Positions 1-12,050 of a stretch of 58,501 bases of DNA are shown here, one piece after another. This DNA comes from Mesotaenium endlicherianum. Taxonomy: Eukaryota. Every line of letters begins with the position of its first letter. Position 1 is the first letter of the stretch. The notes under the pieces were generated by a model. The model did no database searches and was not told where the DNA came from. It saw nothing but the letters and a program-made list of their open reading frames with translations. The position numbers and the translations under genes were made by a program. The DNA lies in the NCBI GenBank assembly GCA_009602735.1, contig WELA01000984.1:1-58501 (forward strand), read 5' to 3'.

Positions 1-820
1 GTACAGTTAAAGTGAGAGGAGCCAGTGATGGGCAGACTGACTTGTCACCCACCAGTGCTCTTCCTCTTGTCCTGTGTAAATGGCAAATGAAGGAAAAGAA
101 GAGGCTTCTAGAAGGATGCAAGTTGCTGAATGCAATGGAGTTTGTCAAAAGCTGGAACCAGAACGAAGACAGAATGTTCTATCTGCTGCTAAGAGAGGTA
201 CCTCCTCAACCTGAAGAAGTGGTTGAGAAAAAGGTAAGCCCTCCGNNNNNNNNNNNNNNNNNNNNNNNNNNNNNNNNNNNNNNNNNNNNNNNNNNNNNNN
301 NNNNNNNNNNNNNNNNNNNNNNNNNNNNNNNNNNNNNNNNNNNNNNNNNNNNNNNNNNNNNNNNNNNNNNNNNNNNNNNNNNNNNNNNNNNNNNNNNNNN
401 NNNNNNNNNNNNNNNNNNNNNNNNNNNNNNNNNNNNNNNNNNNNNNNNNNNNNNNNNNNNNNNNNNNNNNNNNNNNNNNNNNNNNNNNNNNNNNNNNNNN
501 NNNNNNNNNNNNNNNNNNNNNNNNNNNNNNNNNNNNNNNNNNNNNNNNNNNNNNNNNNNNNNNNNNNNNNNNNNNNNNNNNNNNNNNNNNNNNNNNNNNN
601 NNNNNNNNNNNNNNNNNNNNNNNNNNNNNNNNNNNNNNNNNNNNNNNNNNNNNNNNNNNNNNNNNNNNNNNNNNNNNNNNNNNNNNNNNNNNNNNNNNNN
701 NNNNNNNNNNNNNNNNNNNNNNNNNNNNNNNNNNNNNNNNNNNNNNNNNNNNNNNNNNNNNNNNNNNNNNNNNNNNNNNNNNNNNNNNNNNNNNNNNNNN
801 NNNNNNNNNNNNNNNNNNNN

Positions 821-1648
821 ATGGGTGCTATGAGTGATATTTTCAGACCTTATTTGGATAAGTTTGTGCAAGTTTTCCTGGATGATATTTTAATTTTCTC
901 TAAAGATGAAGCTCAGCACACTGAACACTTAAAGACTGTCCTAGACACTCTGCGAAAAAATCACTTATATGCTAAAATGAGCTAGTGCGATTTCTTTAAG
1001 GAAAGTATTGAATTCTTAGGCCACGTTGTCAGCAAAGAGGGCATCAGTGTGGATCCTAAGAAAGTCCAGACCATAAGGGACAGGCCAGTATCACAGTCTG
1101 TCTCTGAAGTTAGATCCTTCCTCGGGTTGGCTAACTACTATAGGAGATTTATTGAGAAATATTCCACAAAGGCCAGTAAACTCACTGACCTNCACTGACC
1201 TTACTACGAAAGACATAGGGTATGTGTGGGGGGAAGAGCAGCAGGCTGCCTCCCAGACCCTTAAAGATGCCCTTTGTTCTGCCCCAGTGCTAGCCGTGTA
1301 TGACTCCAGCAAACCGGTGCAGGTGGTTACTGATGCCTCTGACTTTGCCATGGGTGCTATTTTGTTGCAGCCTGCTGACAAAACCACAAAGGATGGTAAG
1401 GTACGGCAGGAGTGGCATCCTGTGTTGTATGAGTCTATGAAATTTAATCCAGCGGAGATTAATTACTCAGTGCATGATAAAGAGCTGCTAGCTATCATTC
1501 ATGTACTCAAACAGTGGAGAGCATACTTACATAGTAAAGCTTTTAAGGTGATTACAGATCATCTAGCTTTGACCCACTTTCAGAAGAAGTCCAATCTGTC
1601 GAGGAGGGAGAACCGCTGGAGCCAGATGCTGGAGCAATTCCAAGTCCA
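821..1648 (+). pseudogene. pol: Element A pol, RT/RNase H part
   Basis: RT and RNase H motifs; in-frame TAG at 983-985. The frame resumes after element B once one TSD copy is removed ([21 protein letters not shown]). Confidence 0.9.
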
Positions 1649-2151
1649 TGTAGTGATTCGAGTTATTATATATTAGTTCGCATATATTTTAATGTTTTCA
1701 AATATATTTGGAGTAGTATTGTGTGGAGTCAAGTGTGAATAGGTACTCTAGTAACTTGGTTCATGTCCTTTGTACCTTCCAAGGCATTTTCGAAGTTAGA
1801 GGAAAGACCTAGAAGAACTCGATGTGGCAAAAGTCAGATGTGCCATTTTTAGGTCAAAAGGACATGTGTACATTATTCTAGAAAGAGGTGGCAAGTTTTG
1901 GGATGTGTTGGGTGCCAACACATCAACATACACCTTCCTAGAAATTACTTATGTAGCAAGTATATAAACAAGAGCTAGAACATAGAAAGACATTCCAGAA
2001 TCACTCTTGTACTTGCCAAAATCCAGAAATATATTAACTTTCAAGAAGCCATCTCTCTTTCAAGAAGCTACCACTTGTGTTCAAAGATCCTTGTCTTGAA
2101 TAGATAAAGTATTCTGTTTTACTAAGTACTTTATCTATCTGTTTCACTACA
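1649..2151 (+). repeat. 5' LTR of element B
   Basis: TGTAGTG...CACTACA; direct repeat of 7826-8328 with about 7 substitutions counted by eye. Confidence 0.96.
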
Positions 2152-2152
2152 G

Positions 2153-2164
2153 TGGTATCGGAGC
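2153..2164 (+). promoter_or_regulatory. Primer binding site of B (tRNA-iMet type)
   Basis: TGGTATCGGAGC 1 nt after the LTR; the canonical plant iMet PBS is TGGTATCAGAGC. Confidence 0.9.
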
Positions 2165-2188
2165 TAGGCACTTTGGTAGCACAAGAAG

Positions 2189-3469
2189 ATGGCCGATCCT
2201 CAAGACCAACAGCAAGCTTTCGAAGGAAGCCCTTCCTCTCCAAGACACCCTCCTCCAGCGCCGATGGGAGAGCCCACTCAAGAAAATCTGCAACAACAAG
2301 AAGCACCACAAGGAGGAGCACACCCTCCTCCAGCGTCGATGGGAGAGCCTACTCAAGGAAATCTGCAACAACAAGAAGCACCACAAGGAGGAGCACCGTC
2401 AAATCCCGTGGCAGCCGCTATAGCAAAGTTGACCCCACCACAAGGAGTTCCCGCAAATGAGTGGGCAGCCTTCCTAATGACCGTCCACAACCAAGTGGGC
2501 TTGGCCACCTATGAAGCAACCGTGCAAGCGTCAAGAGAAGCTATGGCTGCCATGGTTGCCCCTATTGCGAGCAATGCTCAAAATCCAGCCCCGGCTCAAG
2601 CGCCTCCACAAGAGCCAACGAGAGCAAGGAAACTCATCAAGCCCGGCAAACCCGACACTTTCAACCCCGGGAAAGGTGCCAACCTGAATTTATGGCTCTA
2701 CCAAGTGGAGACGTACCTCGCGTTCCTTGAAGTACCCGAGGAGGACTACGTTCCCTTTGCCGTTACCTTACTTAGAGGAGCAGCAACATCATGGTGGCGT
2801 AACTATCAAGCGGCTATATATCAAGCTATGGCGCACCCCATGCTCGGCCAAGAGCCCCCACCATCATATGCAAGATGGGCAGATTTTCGTGAGGCCCTCA
2901 AGAAGCAATTCATGCCCATCAATGCGGAGAAGATTGCCCGAGGAAAGCTCCACCATCTCAAGCAAACGACGTCCGTTCAAGAGTATACATCCAGATTTCA
3001 CGCCCTCACTCTTGAGATCCCCAACATGTCTCTCGAGGAGAAGATTGACCGTTACATCTTTGGCCTCAAACCCAAGGTGGCAAAGGAAGTGGAGTTACGC
3101 GACTTGACGGACTTCTCAAAGATCATTGAAGTGGCCCAAAAGGTGGATACCTTGGATTTCAAGCACTCCGTGCCTTCATCTTCACGGGTACCGACGACGC
3201 GGGTGTACGCAGCCCCTTCCACATCCGAATCTGGACCCACACCCATGGAAATCGGAGTTATTAAAAGGGACCCCGCGGCTGCCCGGAAGAGTGGAAGACC
3301 CTCCAATGACACTTATGATGCAAGAAACCAGCAAGGAGTGAAAGCAAGACTCTCCCCGGCTGAAAAAGAAGCTCTCATGACGGCTGGACTATGCTTCTAT
3401 TGCAAGGAAAAGGGCCATCGTGCACTTTCATGCCCCAAAAAGTTGTCAAAAAACGGACAGCGCCGGTAG
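2189..3469 (+). CDS. gag: Gag of element B (426 aa)
   Basis: Retrotransposon capsid motifs ([18 protein letters not shown]), PTPMEIG linker and CCHC knuckle [14 protein letters not shown]. Confidence 0.95.
   Translation: MADPQDQQQAFEGSPSSPRHPPPAPMGEPTQENLQQQEAPQGGAHPPPASMGEPTQGNLQQQEAPQGGAPSNPVAAAIAKLTPPQGVPANEWAAFLMTVHNQVGLATYEATVQASREAMAAMVAPIASNAQNPAPAQAPPQEPTRARKLIKPGKPDTFNPGKGANLNLWLYQVETYLAFLEVPEEDYVPFAVTLLRGAATSWWRNYQAAIYQAMAHPMLGQEPPPSYARWADFREALKKQFMPINAEKIARGKLHHLKQTTSVQEYTSRFHALTLEIPNMSLEEKIDRYIFGLKPKVAKEVELRDLTDFSKIIEVAQKVDTLDFKHSVPSSSRVPTTRVYAAPSTSESGPTPMEIGVIKRDPAAARKSGRPSNDTYDARNQQGVKARLSPAEKEALMTAGLCFYCKEKGHRALSCPKKLSKNGQRR
2246..2395 (+). repeat. 2 x 75-bp in-frame tandem repeat in B gag
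   Basis: HPPPA(P/S)MGEPTQ(E/G)[12 protein letters not shown] occurs twice. Confidence 0.9.
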
Positions 3470-6400
3470 GCCAGGAGCCTACCACCCCAAGACCCACTTC
3501 ACGAGAAGGCAACACGCCAAGTGAGGTGGAGACCCCCGTTGAAGACGACGTTCCAGCCCCAATGAGTTTGAGAGGTTACCTTGGAGGAGAGAAGGTCCAC
3601 ATCTTGGTGGATAGCGGAGCTCAAGGCAACTTCATTGCTGCAGATTTTGCCACCAAGCACGGTATTACTATGCGAACTCTTGACCACGACGAGGAGATTA
3701 TGATGCCCGATGGATTCTCCTATACTACCCCTTCCAAGAAGACGTACCCCTTGGCACTCTCTATCAAGTCCTTCAAGGATAGAGTAGTGTTCTCCCCCAT
3801 GCAATTGGGCAAGTACGACGTCATCCTAGGGACGCCTTGGTTGACCAAGCACAACCCCCAAGTTGATTGGAGGACCGGTACTATCAAGATCAAGAATGAC
3901 ATCACTTCAAGAATCTGTATTTTGCGCGCAATCCAGAATATCCAGACCCAAGACATCCAGAAGCCGGCACACGAGATACTATTGTCCGCCCTCCAACTCA
4001 AGAGACTTGTGAGGAAGGGACACGAGCTTCTTTTGGCCTTGATCACGCCAAAAGACATCAAGAAAGACATCGAGAGTCAAGAAGGCAGCCCCGTTCCCAA
4101 GGAGATACAAGAAGTCTTTGAGGACTACAAAGAAGTGTTCTCCCCGGAATTGCCCAAGGGCCTACCCCCCAAAAGATTCGTAGACCACAAGATAGAGTTG
4201 GAGCCCGGAAGCAAGCCCATCTCTCGGCCTACGTTCAAAATGTCATACACGGAGCTAGACGAAGTCAAGAAGCAAATCAAGGAGCTACTGGAGCATGGCT
4301 TCATTCGACCTAGCAAGTCGCCATTTGGAGCCCCGGTGCTATTTGTCAAGAAGAAAGATGGTACCTTGAGGATGTGTGTGGACTATCGCGCCCTCAACAA
4401 GATCACCATCAAGAATCGATACCCGCTGCCGCGCATGGATGAGCTCATGGACCGGCTGGTTGGAGCCAAGTACTTCACGAAGATTGACTTACGGAGCGGC
4501 TACCACCAGATTCGCATCGCAGAACCGGACATAGAGAAGACGGCATTCAGGACAAGATATGGACATTTTGAGTTCATGGTCCTGCCATTTGGACTCACCA
4601 ACGCGCCAGCAACTTTCATGACTATGATGAACACCATATTTCAGCCCATGTTGGACAGATTTGTGGTGGTATTCATCGATGACATCCTTATCTACAGCAA
4701 GACCCTTGAAGAGCATGCGAGACACTTGAAAGAAGTCCTTGAAGTATTGAAGCAAAACAAGCTGTTTGCGAAGGAGTCAAAATGCGAGTTTGCCAAACAA
4801 GAAGTGGAGTTCCTAGGTCTCCACGTGACTGCTGATGGCATCAAGATAGACCCCAAGAAGACCACGGTGGTGGAGGAATGGCCAACCCCCACGACCAAGA
4901 AAGAACTCCAGTCATTCTTGGGATTTGCCAATTGGTACAGAAAATTCATCCAAGGCTTCTCGCACATAGCAGCCCCCCTGACAGATCTACTCAAGAAGGA
5001 CAGGCTATATACATGGACCGAGAAAGAGGAAGAGGCATTTCAAGAGTTAAAGCGAAGATTGACCACATCCCCGGTGCTCACACTCCCAAGTCCAAACCCA
5101 GATTGGCCCTTCCACGTCATCACCGATGCATCTTCCTATGCAATAGGAGCAATCCTGCTTCAAGACCAAGGCAAGGGACTGCAGCCCATCGCCTACGAGT
5201 CAAGGAAGCTAAATCCAGCCGAGCAAAATTATACAACCACGGAGCGAGAGGCATTGGCGATTGTACATGCCTTGAAGGTTTGGCGCTGCTACGTTGAAGG
5301 ACGCAAAGTACTGGTCACCACGGACCACGAGGCGTTAAAGCACCTCCAGACGCAGCCGTATCTCTCAAGGAGACAAGCAAGATGGAGCGGATACTTGCAA
5401 CAATACAACATCACGATTCAGTACCAGCCCGGCAAGACAAACCCGGCTGACCCCCTCTCAAGACTGCAATTAAATGCAGTGATGGTATCCCTGAAGACAG
5501 ATCTGGAAGCTCGATTTTCAGCCGCCTATGAAAGAGACCCTTACTACAAGAACGGAGAAGCAGCCTTGGACCCATGCAAGAAGCAAGAAGGCAATTATTG
5601 GGTGAGGCAAGATACGGGCCAGAGATGTGTTCCTAATGACTTAGACCTCCGGCTCTTGCTTCTACGAGAAGCACACGACAACCCTCTTGGAGGACACTTT
5701 GGAATCCTAAGGACCACGGGCGTTCTAGCTAGGACTTATTGTTGGCCAGGCATGTCTAAGCAAGTCAAGGAGTACTGCAGGAGCTGTGACACATGCCAAA
5801 GAATCAAGCCATCATCGCAAAAGGCGGGAGGACTCCTCCAACCACTACCAATCCCCGAAAGACAATGGACGGACATCTCAATGGACCTTATCGTGGACTT
5901 GCCCGTGACACCTCGAGGCCATAATGCAATACTCACGGTGGTGGACAGACTTACCAAGATGGCTCATTTTATTCCCACGACGACTAAGGCTACAGCACCA
6001 CAACTTGCAAGACTCATCTTTGACAACATCTTCCGACTCCATGGACTACCATCAAGAATTGTGTCAGATAGAGATCCAAGATTCACAAGCCATTTCTGGA
6101 AAAATCTCTTCAAGAACTTGGGTACATCGCTGGATATGTCTACTGCCTACCACCCACAATCAGATGGGCAAACCGAGCGTATGAATCGTACCCTAAAGAC
6201 CTCTCTAAAGGCCTACGTGTCTACCCTCGAGCAAGACTGGGACATGTACTTGACCCCCCTCGAGTTTGCCTACAACAACACTACGCAGGCCTCTACCCAA
6301 GAGTCCCCATTCTTCCTCAACTATGGCTTCCATCCGACCACGCCACTGAGCTTCACGGCTGGCCATGATGAAGTACCTGCAGCCACAGATTTTATGGAGA

Positions 6401-7056
6401 CATTAGAAGCAGCCCTTACAGCAGCGAAGAAAGCTCTACAACACGCGCAAGATGCTCAAGCAAGAGTGGCGAACAGATCCAGAAGAGAAATTACGTACAG
6501 AGTGGGTGACAACGTGTTACTATCATCCAAGAACATTTCCCTGAACAACAGGCCTGCCGGCAGCAAGTTCTCTCCCAAGTATTTGGGACCCTTCAAGATT
6601 ATCCAGCAAGTCAACCCCGTTGCTTTCAAGCTAGAACTTCCCCAGACTATGCACATCGACCCCGTATTCCACGCTTCCCTCTTCAAGCCATATGTGCAAC
6701 CCGACAACAAGTTCCCAGGACGTGTGACAACCCCACCAGCCCCAACAATAGTGGATGATCATTTGGAGTACGAAGTGGAAGACATAGTGGCTATGAGAAA
6801 TTTCAGGAGACAGCAGCAATACTTGATCAAGTGGAAAGGATATCCAGATTCGGAGAATAGTTGGGTGGCGGCGCACTACCTTGACAAAGTTCAGAGAAAG
6901 TTGAAGCGCTTCCATGCCGCCAACCCCCATCTTGGACCAGCCCCAAGTCTCTCTACTAGAAGCCCGAAGACTTCAGGGAGGCAGCCTGCCACCATCAAGA
7001 AGCAGCAGAAGACCCCTTGGAGGCAGCCTGCAAGAACAAGAAAGAGGAAAAATTGA
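3391..7056 (+). CDS. pol: Pol of element B (PR-RT-RH-IN-chromodomain), probably reached by -1 frameshift
   Basis: LVDSGA protease, FIDD RT, TDAS RNase H, HHCC and DDE integrase, GPF motif, chromodomain [19 protein letters not shown]; frame is -1 relative to gag. Confidence 0.96.
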   Translation: MLLLQGKGPSCTFMPQKVVKKRTAPVGQEPTTPRPTSREGNTPSEVETPVEDDVPAPMSLRGYLGGEKVHILVDSGAQGNFIAADFATKHGITMRTLDHDEEIMMPDGFSYTTPSKKTYPLALSIKSFKDRVVFSPMQLGKYDVILGTPWLTKHNPQVDWRTGTIKIKNDITSRICILRAIQNIQTQDIQKPAHEILLSALQLKRLVRKGHELLLALITPKDIKKDIESQEGSPVPKEIQEVFEDYKEVFSPELPKGLPPKRFVDHKIELEPGSKPISRPTFKMSYTELDEVKKQIKELLEHGFIRPSKSPFGAPVLFVKKKDGTLRMCVDYRALNKITIKNRYPLPRMDELMDRLVGAKYFTKIDLRSGYHQIRIAEPDIEKTAFRTRYGHFEFMVLPFGLTNAPATFMTMMNTIFQPMLDRFVVVFIDDILIYSKTLEEHARHLKEVLEVLKQNKLFAKESKCEFAKQEVEFLGLHVTADGIKIDPKKTTVVEEWPTPTTKKELQSFLGFANWYRKFIQGFSHIAAPLTDLLKKDRLYTWTEKEEEAFQELKRRLTTSPVLTLPSPNPDWPFHVITDASSYAIGAILLQDQGKGLQPIAYESRKLNPAEQNYTTTEREALAIVHALKVWRCYVEGRKVLVTTDHEALKHLQTQPYLSRRQARWSGYLQQYNITIQYQPGKTNPADPLSRLQLNAVMVSLKTDLEARFSAAYERDPYYKNGEAALDPCKKQEGNYWVRQDTGQRCVPNDLDLRLLLLREAHDNPLGGHFGILRTTGVLARTYCWPGMSKQVKEYCRSCDTCQRIKPSSQKAGGLLQPLPIPERQWTDISMDLIVDLPVTPRGHNAILTVVDRLTKMAHFIPTTTKATAPQLARLIFDNIFRLHGLPSRIVSDRDPRFTSHFWKNLFKNLGTSLDMSTAYHPQSDGQTERMNRTLKTSLKAYVSTLEQDWDMYLTPLEFAYNNTTQASTQESPFFLNYGFHPTTPLSFTAGHDEVPAATDFMETLEAALTAAKKALQHAQDAQARVANRSRREITYRVGDNVLLSSKNISLNNRPAGSKFSPKYLGPFKIIQQVNPVAFKLELPQTMHIDPVFHASLFKPYVQPDNKFPGRVTTPPAPTIVDDHLEYEVEDIVAMRNFRRQQQYLIKWKGYPDSENSWVAAHYLDKVQRKLKRFHAANPHLGPAPSLSTRSPKTSGRQPATIKKQQKTPWRQPARTRKRKN
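3448..3483 (+). promoter_or_regulatory. Putative -1 frameshift signal of B (A_AAA_AAC plus hairpin)
   Basis: Heptamer at 3448-3454 in the gag frame; stem GGTAGGC/GCCTACC at 3465-3483. Confidence 0.7.
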
Positions 7057-7664
7057 CATTAGACACTCTTCTCTTCTCGCAGTTTCTGGACAGAAAACTA
7101 AAACTGCTACTGGTAATAGGTCTCTGCATAATAAATTCTGAAAATTTACCTGGCTGTAGTCCATGAGTAGCCGGTCATTTAGAGTCCAAGTTTGCTCAAT
7201 TTGGAGCACTGGTGAGAGAGATATGATGCTCTAAGTAGAAGGGGGTCAGGCTGCTGGCATTGTTAGGACAGAATATGCCTTCTGACATTGTGCCTTCCCC
7301 TGAACTTGGAATGCTCTGAAACTCAAGACTCTGGTAGAACATCTTACAGCGCCCAGTTTGAGACTTAGTTTGCAGAATTTGGAGAAGTATAGAAGGACTT
7401 ATGATTTTCAGAAGTTTCTGCACAGATTTGGAGGAGTGCCTACTCTCTCAGCTCTCAACGACACTCCAGAAATGAGAATGCTCTCAAATTTGGTGACCCG
7501 GTAGAGTTCTCCGACGCGGTCCGTCTGGCACTCGAATTTTCAGATTTGGAGCAGTTCTGTGGCCGCTATGAATTTTTGAATTCGTGGCAGATTCTGGGCC
7601 AACTTGTACAATTTTCTTTATCATTAAGGAGTAGGCTAGCCAATAAGGTCACACCACCTACGAC

Positions 7665-7792
7665 CTTGCCTAGTCTACCTTACATGTGTAGCACCTGACT
7701 TGGCGCCTTTGACTAGTCCTCTTCACATGTGTGGCATCTGACTTGAAACTGTTGACTAGTTTGCTCCACATGTGTAAGACCTGACTTGACGC
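7665..7792 (+). repeat. Three degenerate ~43-bp tandem repeats in the B 3' UTR
   Basis: Unit resembles TTG(A/C)CTAGT......ACATGTGT...A(C/T)CTGACTTG, three copies just upstream of the PPT. Confidence 0.75.
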
Positions 7793-7815
7793 GCCGAGAC
7801 GTCGCTTTTTCTATC

Positions 7816-7825
7816 GGGGGGGTGA
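7816..7825 (+). promoter_or_regulatory. Polypurine tract of B
   Basis: GGGGGGGTGA immediately before the 3' LTR TG. Confidence 0.85.
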
Positions 7826-8328
7826 TGTAGTGATTTGAGTTATTATATATTAGTTTGCATATATTTTAATGTTTTCAAATATATTTGGAGTAGTATTGTG
7901 TGGAGTCAAGTGTGAATAGGTACTCTAGTAACTTGGTTCATGTCCTTTGAACCTTCCAAGGCATTTTCGAAGTTAGAGGAAAGACCTAGAAGAACTCCAT
8001 GTGGCAAAAGTCAAATGTGCCATTTTTAGGTCAAAAGGACATGTGTACATTATTCTAGAAAGAGGTGGCAAGTTTTGGGATGTGTTGGGTGCCAACACAT
8101 CAACATACACCTTCCTAGAAATTACTTATGTAGCAAGTATATAAACAAGAGCTAGAACATAGAAAGACATTCGAGAATCACTCTTGTACTTGCCAAAATC
8201 CAGAAATATATTAACTTTCAAGAAGCCATCTCTCTTTCAAGAAGCTACCACTTGTGTTCAAAGATCCTTGTCTTGAATAGATAAAGTATTCTGTTTTACT
8301 AAGTACTTTATCTATCTGTCTCACTACA
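7826..8328 (+). repeat. 3' LTR of element B
   Basis: Direct repeat of 1649-2151, followed by TSD GTCCA. Confidence 0.96.
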
Positions 8329-9974
8329 GTCCAGATCGACTACAAACCAGGGAAGTTGAATCCTGCTGATGCACTCTCTAGAAGACCTGACTTGCGAGAG
8401 AGGAACTTTAGTCAGCATGCTGTAGATAAAGTCCTGTGTGCACTCACTTCACTAAAGGTGAAAAGGTCCTTCCTTGAACAACTTAGGAAAGCCTACCTTT
8501 CTAACCCAACATTTGAGCCCAGCCCCACTACTGGTATGTGTCGTGCTACTACACTCGGGTATAAGCTTAAGGGAGGGGTCTGGGTGACTGAAACCACTTC
8601 AGGCAGGCTGAAGTTGGTCATTTCTAATACCTTGGAAATAAGGTCTCTCTTACTGAGTCAAGCTCATGACAATCTCATAGTCTCACAGGACATTTGGGGC
8701 AGGCCAAAACTGTTGGCAAACTGGCAAAACATTATCATTGGGAGGGGTTACCCCGGGAGGTCTTGAAATATGTCAAGTCCTGTGACCAGTGTCAGAGAAA
8801 TAAGTCTCGGCACACACCACCCGGAGGTCTCTTGCAACCGCTGCCCATCCCAGATGGACGCTGGGAAACTATATCCATGGACTGGGTGGTCTCACTACCA
8901 ATAACTGCCAATGGGCATGATTCCATACTGGTAGTTGTGGATAAACTGACAAAAATGGTCATTTTTATCCCCACAACGATCTAAGTGACTGCACTCGAAA
9001 CAGCGAGACAGTTCTACAACCATGTAGTATGCCAACATGGGCTCCCTTCTAATATCATCTCAGACAGAGACTCAAAATTCACCTCTAACTTCTGGAGAGA
9101 TTTAATGGGGTTAATGGGAGTCAAACAGCTTCTCAGCACAGCCAACCACCCTCAGACTGATGGGCAGACTGAAAGAACTAACCGAGTTCTGCAGGAGGTG
9201 CTGAGAGCATATATTAACCAAAAACAAGATAATTGGGATGACCTGTTGCCTCAAATTTAGTTTGCGGTCAACTGTGCGGTGCACACGTCAACGGGCAAGA
9301 CTCCTTTTGAACTCAGCCTGGGTAGAGTCCTTAAGTCTCCTTTAGATGTACTGGGGGAGTCTTAAACTGACCCTGAAGGGATTGACAACCCGGTCTCCCT
9401 CCAGTTAATTCAGGAGTTTGCTGACACCCTGTCAGAAGTCCAACAAAACCTGCACAAAGCCCAAGAAAACCAACAAAAATACGCTAATCAACACCGTCGG
9501 GAGCTGACATTTTCTAAGGGCGATTTAGTCAAACTGCATTCTCAGCACCTGTACCTCCCTGGTGTGGTCAAGAAAAAGCTTGGCTCTGTCTGGGTCGGTC
9601 CATATTCGGTGGTACGTTGTGTCGGTCAGAATGCTTACAAACTGAACATGTCAGCTGACTACAAGGGTCACCCGGTCTTTAATGTCTCCTTTTTGGAACC
9701 ATACATCGAAGGTGATTCACTATTCACAAGTCAGTTACCTGTCCAACCGGGACCGGTCCCCGCTGTCCGGGACGGCGATCCTAAGGAATATGAGGTCGAG
9801 GAGATTTTAGACGCTCGCTCGGTCCGTCAATCGTCTAAATATGTCATGAAGTACCTCATCCAATGGAAGGGTTACGATGCCTCTGGGGACACTTGGGAAT
9901 TTAAAGATCAGCTGACCAATGCCAAAGGGGCGTTGAAACGATTCCACCTTCGGGCGGCTGGGGCACCTCCCTAA
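8329..9974 (+). pseudogene. pol: Element A pol, integrase and chromodomain part
   Basis: ORF pieces 8356-8766, 8694-8984, 8985-9260 and 9564-9974 are consecutive integrase/chromodomain segments broken by a frameshift near 8680 and stops at 8982-8984 and 9258-9260. Confidence 0.9.
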
Positions 9975-10298
9975 CAGTCATTTCAGTTGACACAGGAAGG
10001 TGACAGGAGGTTCTGTCTCCATATAAGTTGGAGGAGGATGTGACAGTTAGTGACAGTTGTGACAGGCAGCTCACCTTTAAAATTAAGTTGGAGGGAGTGG
10101 TATTCTCTGATCACCATATTACACACTCAACCTGCTCTCACACTCACTTGCTCTCTAACTCAATTTTCCCTTATATTCACTCACACCAGGTACTCCACAC
10201 TAGGAACTCTCCCGATCGCGTTCCTCTTCATCAAGGGCACTCAGTAGCGGCAAAATATCATGACTTCACTAACTGCATTGTGTTTATGATTGAGCAGG

Positions 10299-11965
10299 AT
10301 GACTCAAAAGTTGGAACTCAAGAGGAAGAGAAGGGCGGAAGAGGCACATGCAGAATACTTGCAATTTCGTGGAGACATCGAATCATCTTCCATCTTCGCT
10401 CGGGAATCACAACGACTCCAACAACAGCGGGATGCACAGAAGAAGAAGGAGGAGGAGGAACAGGCCAGACTGAGGCAGGAAGAAATGGACAGAAAAGCTG
10501 CAGAGGAGGCCAAGAAAGCAGAGGAGGAGAGGCAAGCTGAGGAGAAGCGAAGCAGCAGGCTGAAGAAGAAGAACAGAGGAGAATCAGCAGCTATCGCTAC
10601 ACCGTGCTGGGCAAGGGCTTCGATCTACTGGAGGAGGCCTTCAAGTATGCCCAGAGAAGTCGCAGTGAGTCGCAGAAAGAAATCCTCCAGAGGGAAGGGG
10701 AGACATCCGAAAACTTTGACAAGTATATAGAGGTCGGCACAGGGCTCCTCCTCTACCACGATTACGCCAGGATGGTAGAATATACGGTCAGAGAGGCCAA
10801 GGCAATGGCCCAGGTGAACAATGCAGGAGCTGTCTCGATTCCTGGTATCTGGGGGGCAGATAGGGTCATCAGGATGATCCTCATGGACGCGGACAGCTTC
10901 AAAGACTCAACACCCCATAACAGGTTCAAGGCCATGTACAATGAGGTGGAGAGGAGGAGCTGGGAATTCTTGGCCAGGGAAACCAGTCAGCTGGACTTTG
11001 CAAGGCACTGGTACCCTTGTACTCTTAAAAAGACAGACGCTGCCTTCTTCCAAAAGCCCACTGATTGGCGGTGGATGACCATCAACATGAGGGACCAGCA
11101 GAATGACAGGGCGACGGATGAGGATTTCCTGACAGACCTAAAGGGGAACATAGTATTGCCCCCTCACATTGCGGCTTGGAACCCAAGATTGGATGGAGTC
11201 AGAGACTGCATGAGCCAGGAGATGCAGGAGGACAGAAGCAGGGCCCGAGAGTCATTCTCCAAAGGGAAGCACGCTTATGCCAAATGGGCAAGTAAGCAGG
11301 GGGAAAAGGACCTCTATGCGGTCCGGACTCAGCAGCCCCCACCAGCACCCAAAAGGGGAAGGTCAGTAGGATATTCTTTTTCTCGGGAAGAGCTGGAGCA
11401 GCTGACCGACGAGACCCCAGAAGTCTCAGAGGAACCCGGGGACGGCGAGGAGGAGGAGTCAGAGGAAGACGAGGAGGAAGGCGAGGAGGAGGACACTAGC
11501 CCCGCCGTGATCCTGACACCTGCCACATCCCCTGTAAGGGAGAAGACGGGGTGGGCCCCGCAGCAACTCGCTCAAGAGGAGGATATCACTTGGCTGGGGA
11601 CTGCCAGAGGACAGAGCCCATCTCCAGGCAAGGAGACCCAGTCAGACAGGGCAGACAGGAGGGCTGCTCGGGAGATAGCCAGAGGCCTGCCAGCATCTCC
11701 CTCGCAGAGAGGGCATGTACCCTTAGCTCATGTCATGCAACATCCTTCTGGGATGCCGGTATACGTACCTGTCAGTTTGAGGGCTGCCCAGGAGAAGGCT
11801 GCCTCCCTTCAGTTTCAGACTGTGAAGGAGGAAACAGCCCAGTTATTGCGTTCTCCGCCGGGTCCTTACACGGAACCTCCTTCTCTGATAGGCTTCAGAA
11901 GACCCCAAGACAGGAGGAGGTCTGGCTCTTCTGAGTATAGGGCCTCAGGGACATCTCCCTCCTAA
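10299..11965 (+). pseudogene. Extra ORF of element A (coiled-coil N-terminus, acidic tract, Pro/Ser-rich tail), one frameshift near 10550, function unknown
   Basis: ATG at 10299. Restoring one base near 10550 joins ORF 10290-10730 to ORF 10604-11965 (..EEKRKQQAEEEEQRRISSYRYTVLGKGF..), ~555 codons; lies between the pol stop and the PPT. Confidence 0.7.
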
Positions 11966-12050
11966 GGGCAGTAGGCTGGGGACAAGAGGGATAGCACGCT
12001 GTTATTAGTGTTAGTGTTGTCGAGGCGACAACATGATAAGTTGGAGGGAT

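Larger units (their letters stand above)
1649..8328 (+). mobile_element. Element B: intact Ty3/gypsy chromovirus, 6680 bp
   Basis: 503-bp TG..CA LTRs at both ends, TSD GTCCA (1644-1648 and 8329-8333), PBS, PPT, open gag and pol. Confidence 0.97.

Noticed and set aside
12..871. Long ORFs 12-833 and 206-871
   Set aside because: They are open only because they span an N gap (246-820); the flanks are most likely element A pol
1183..1201. Apparent frameshift/duplication CACTGACCT-N-CACTGACCT (similar case at 12148)
   Set aside because: A short duplication around a single N is a contig-join artefact
7665..7792. CRISPR-like repeat spacing
   Set aside because: Contiguous degenerate tandem repeats without spacers, in a eukaryotic retrotransposon UTR
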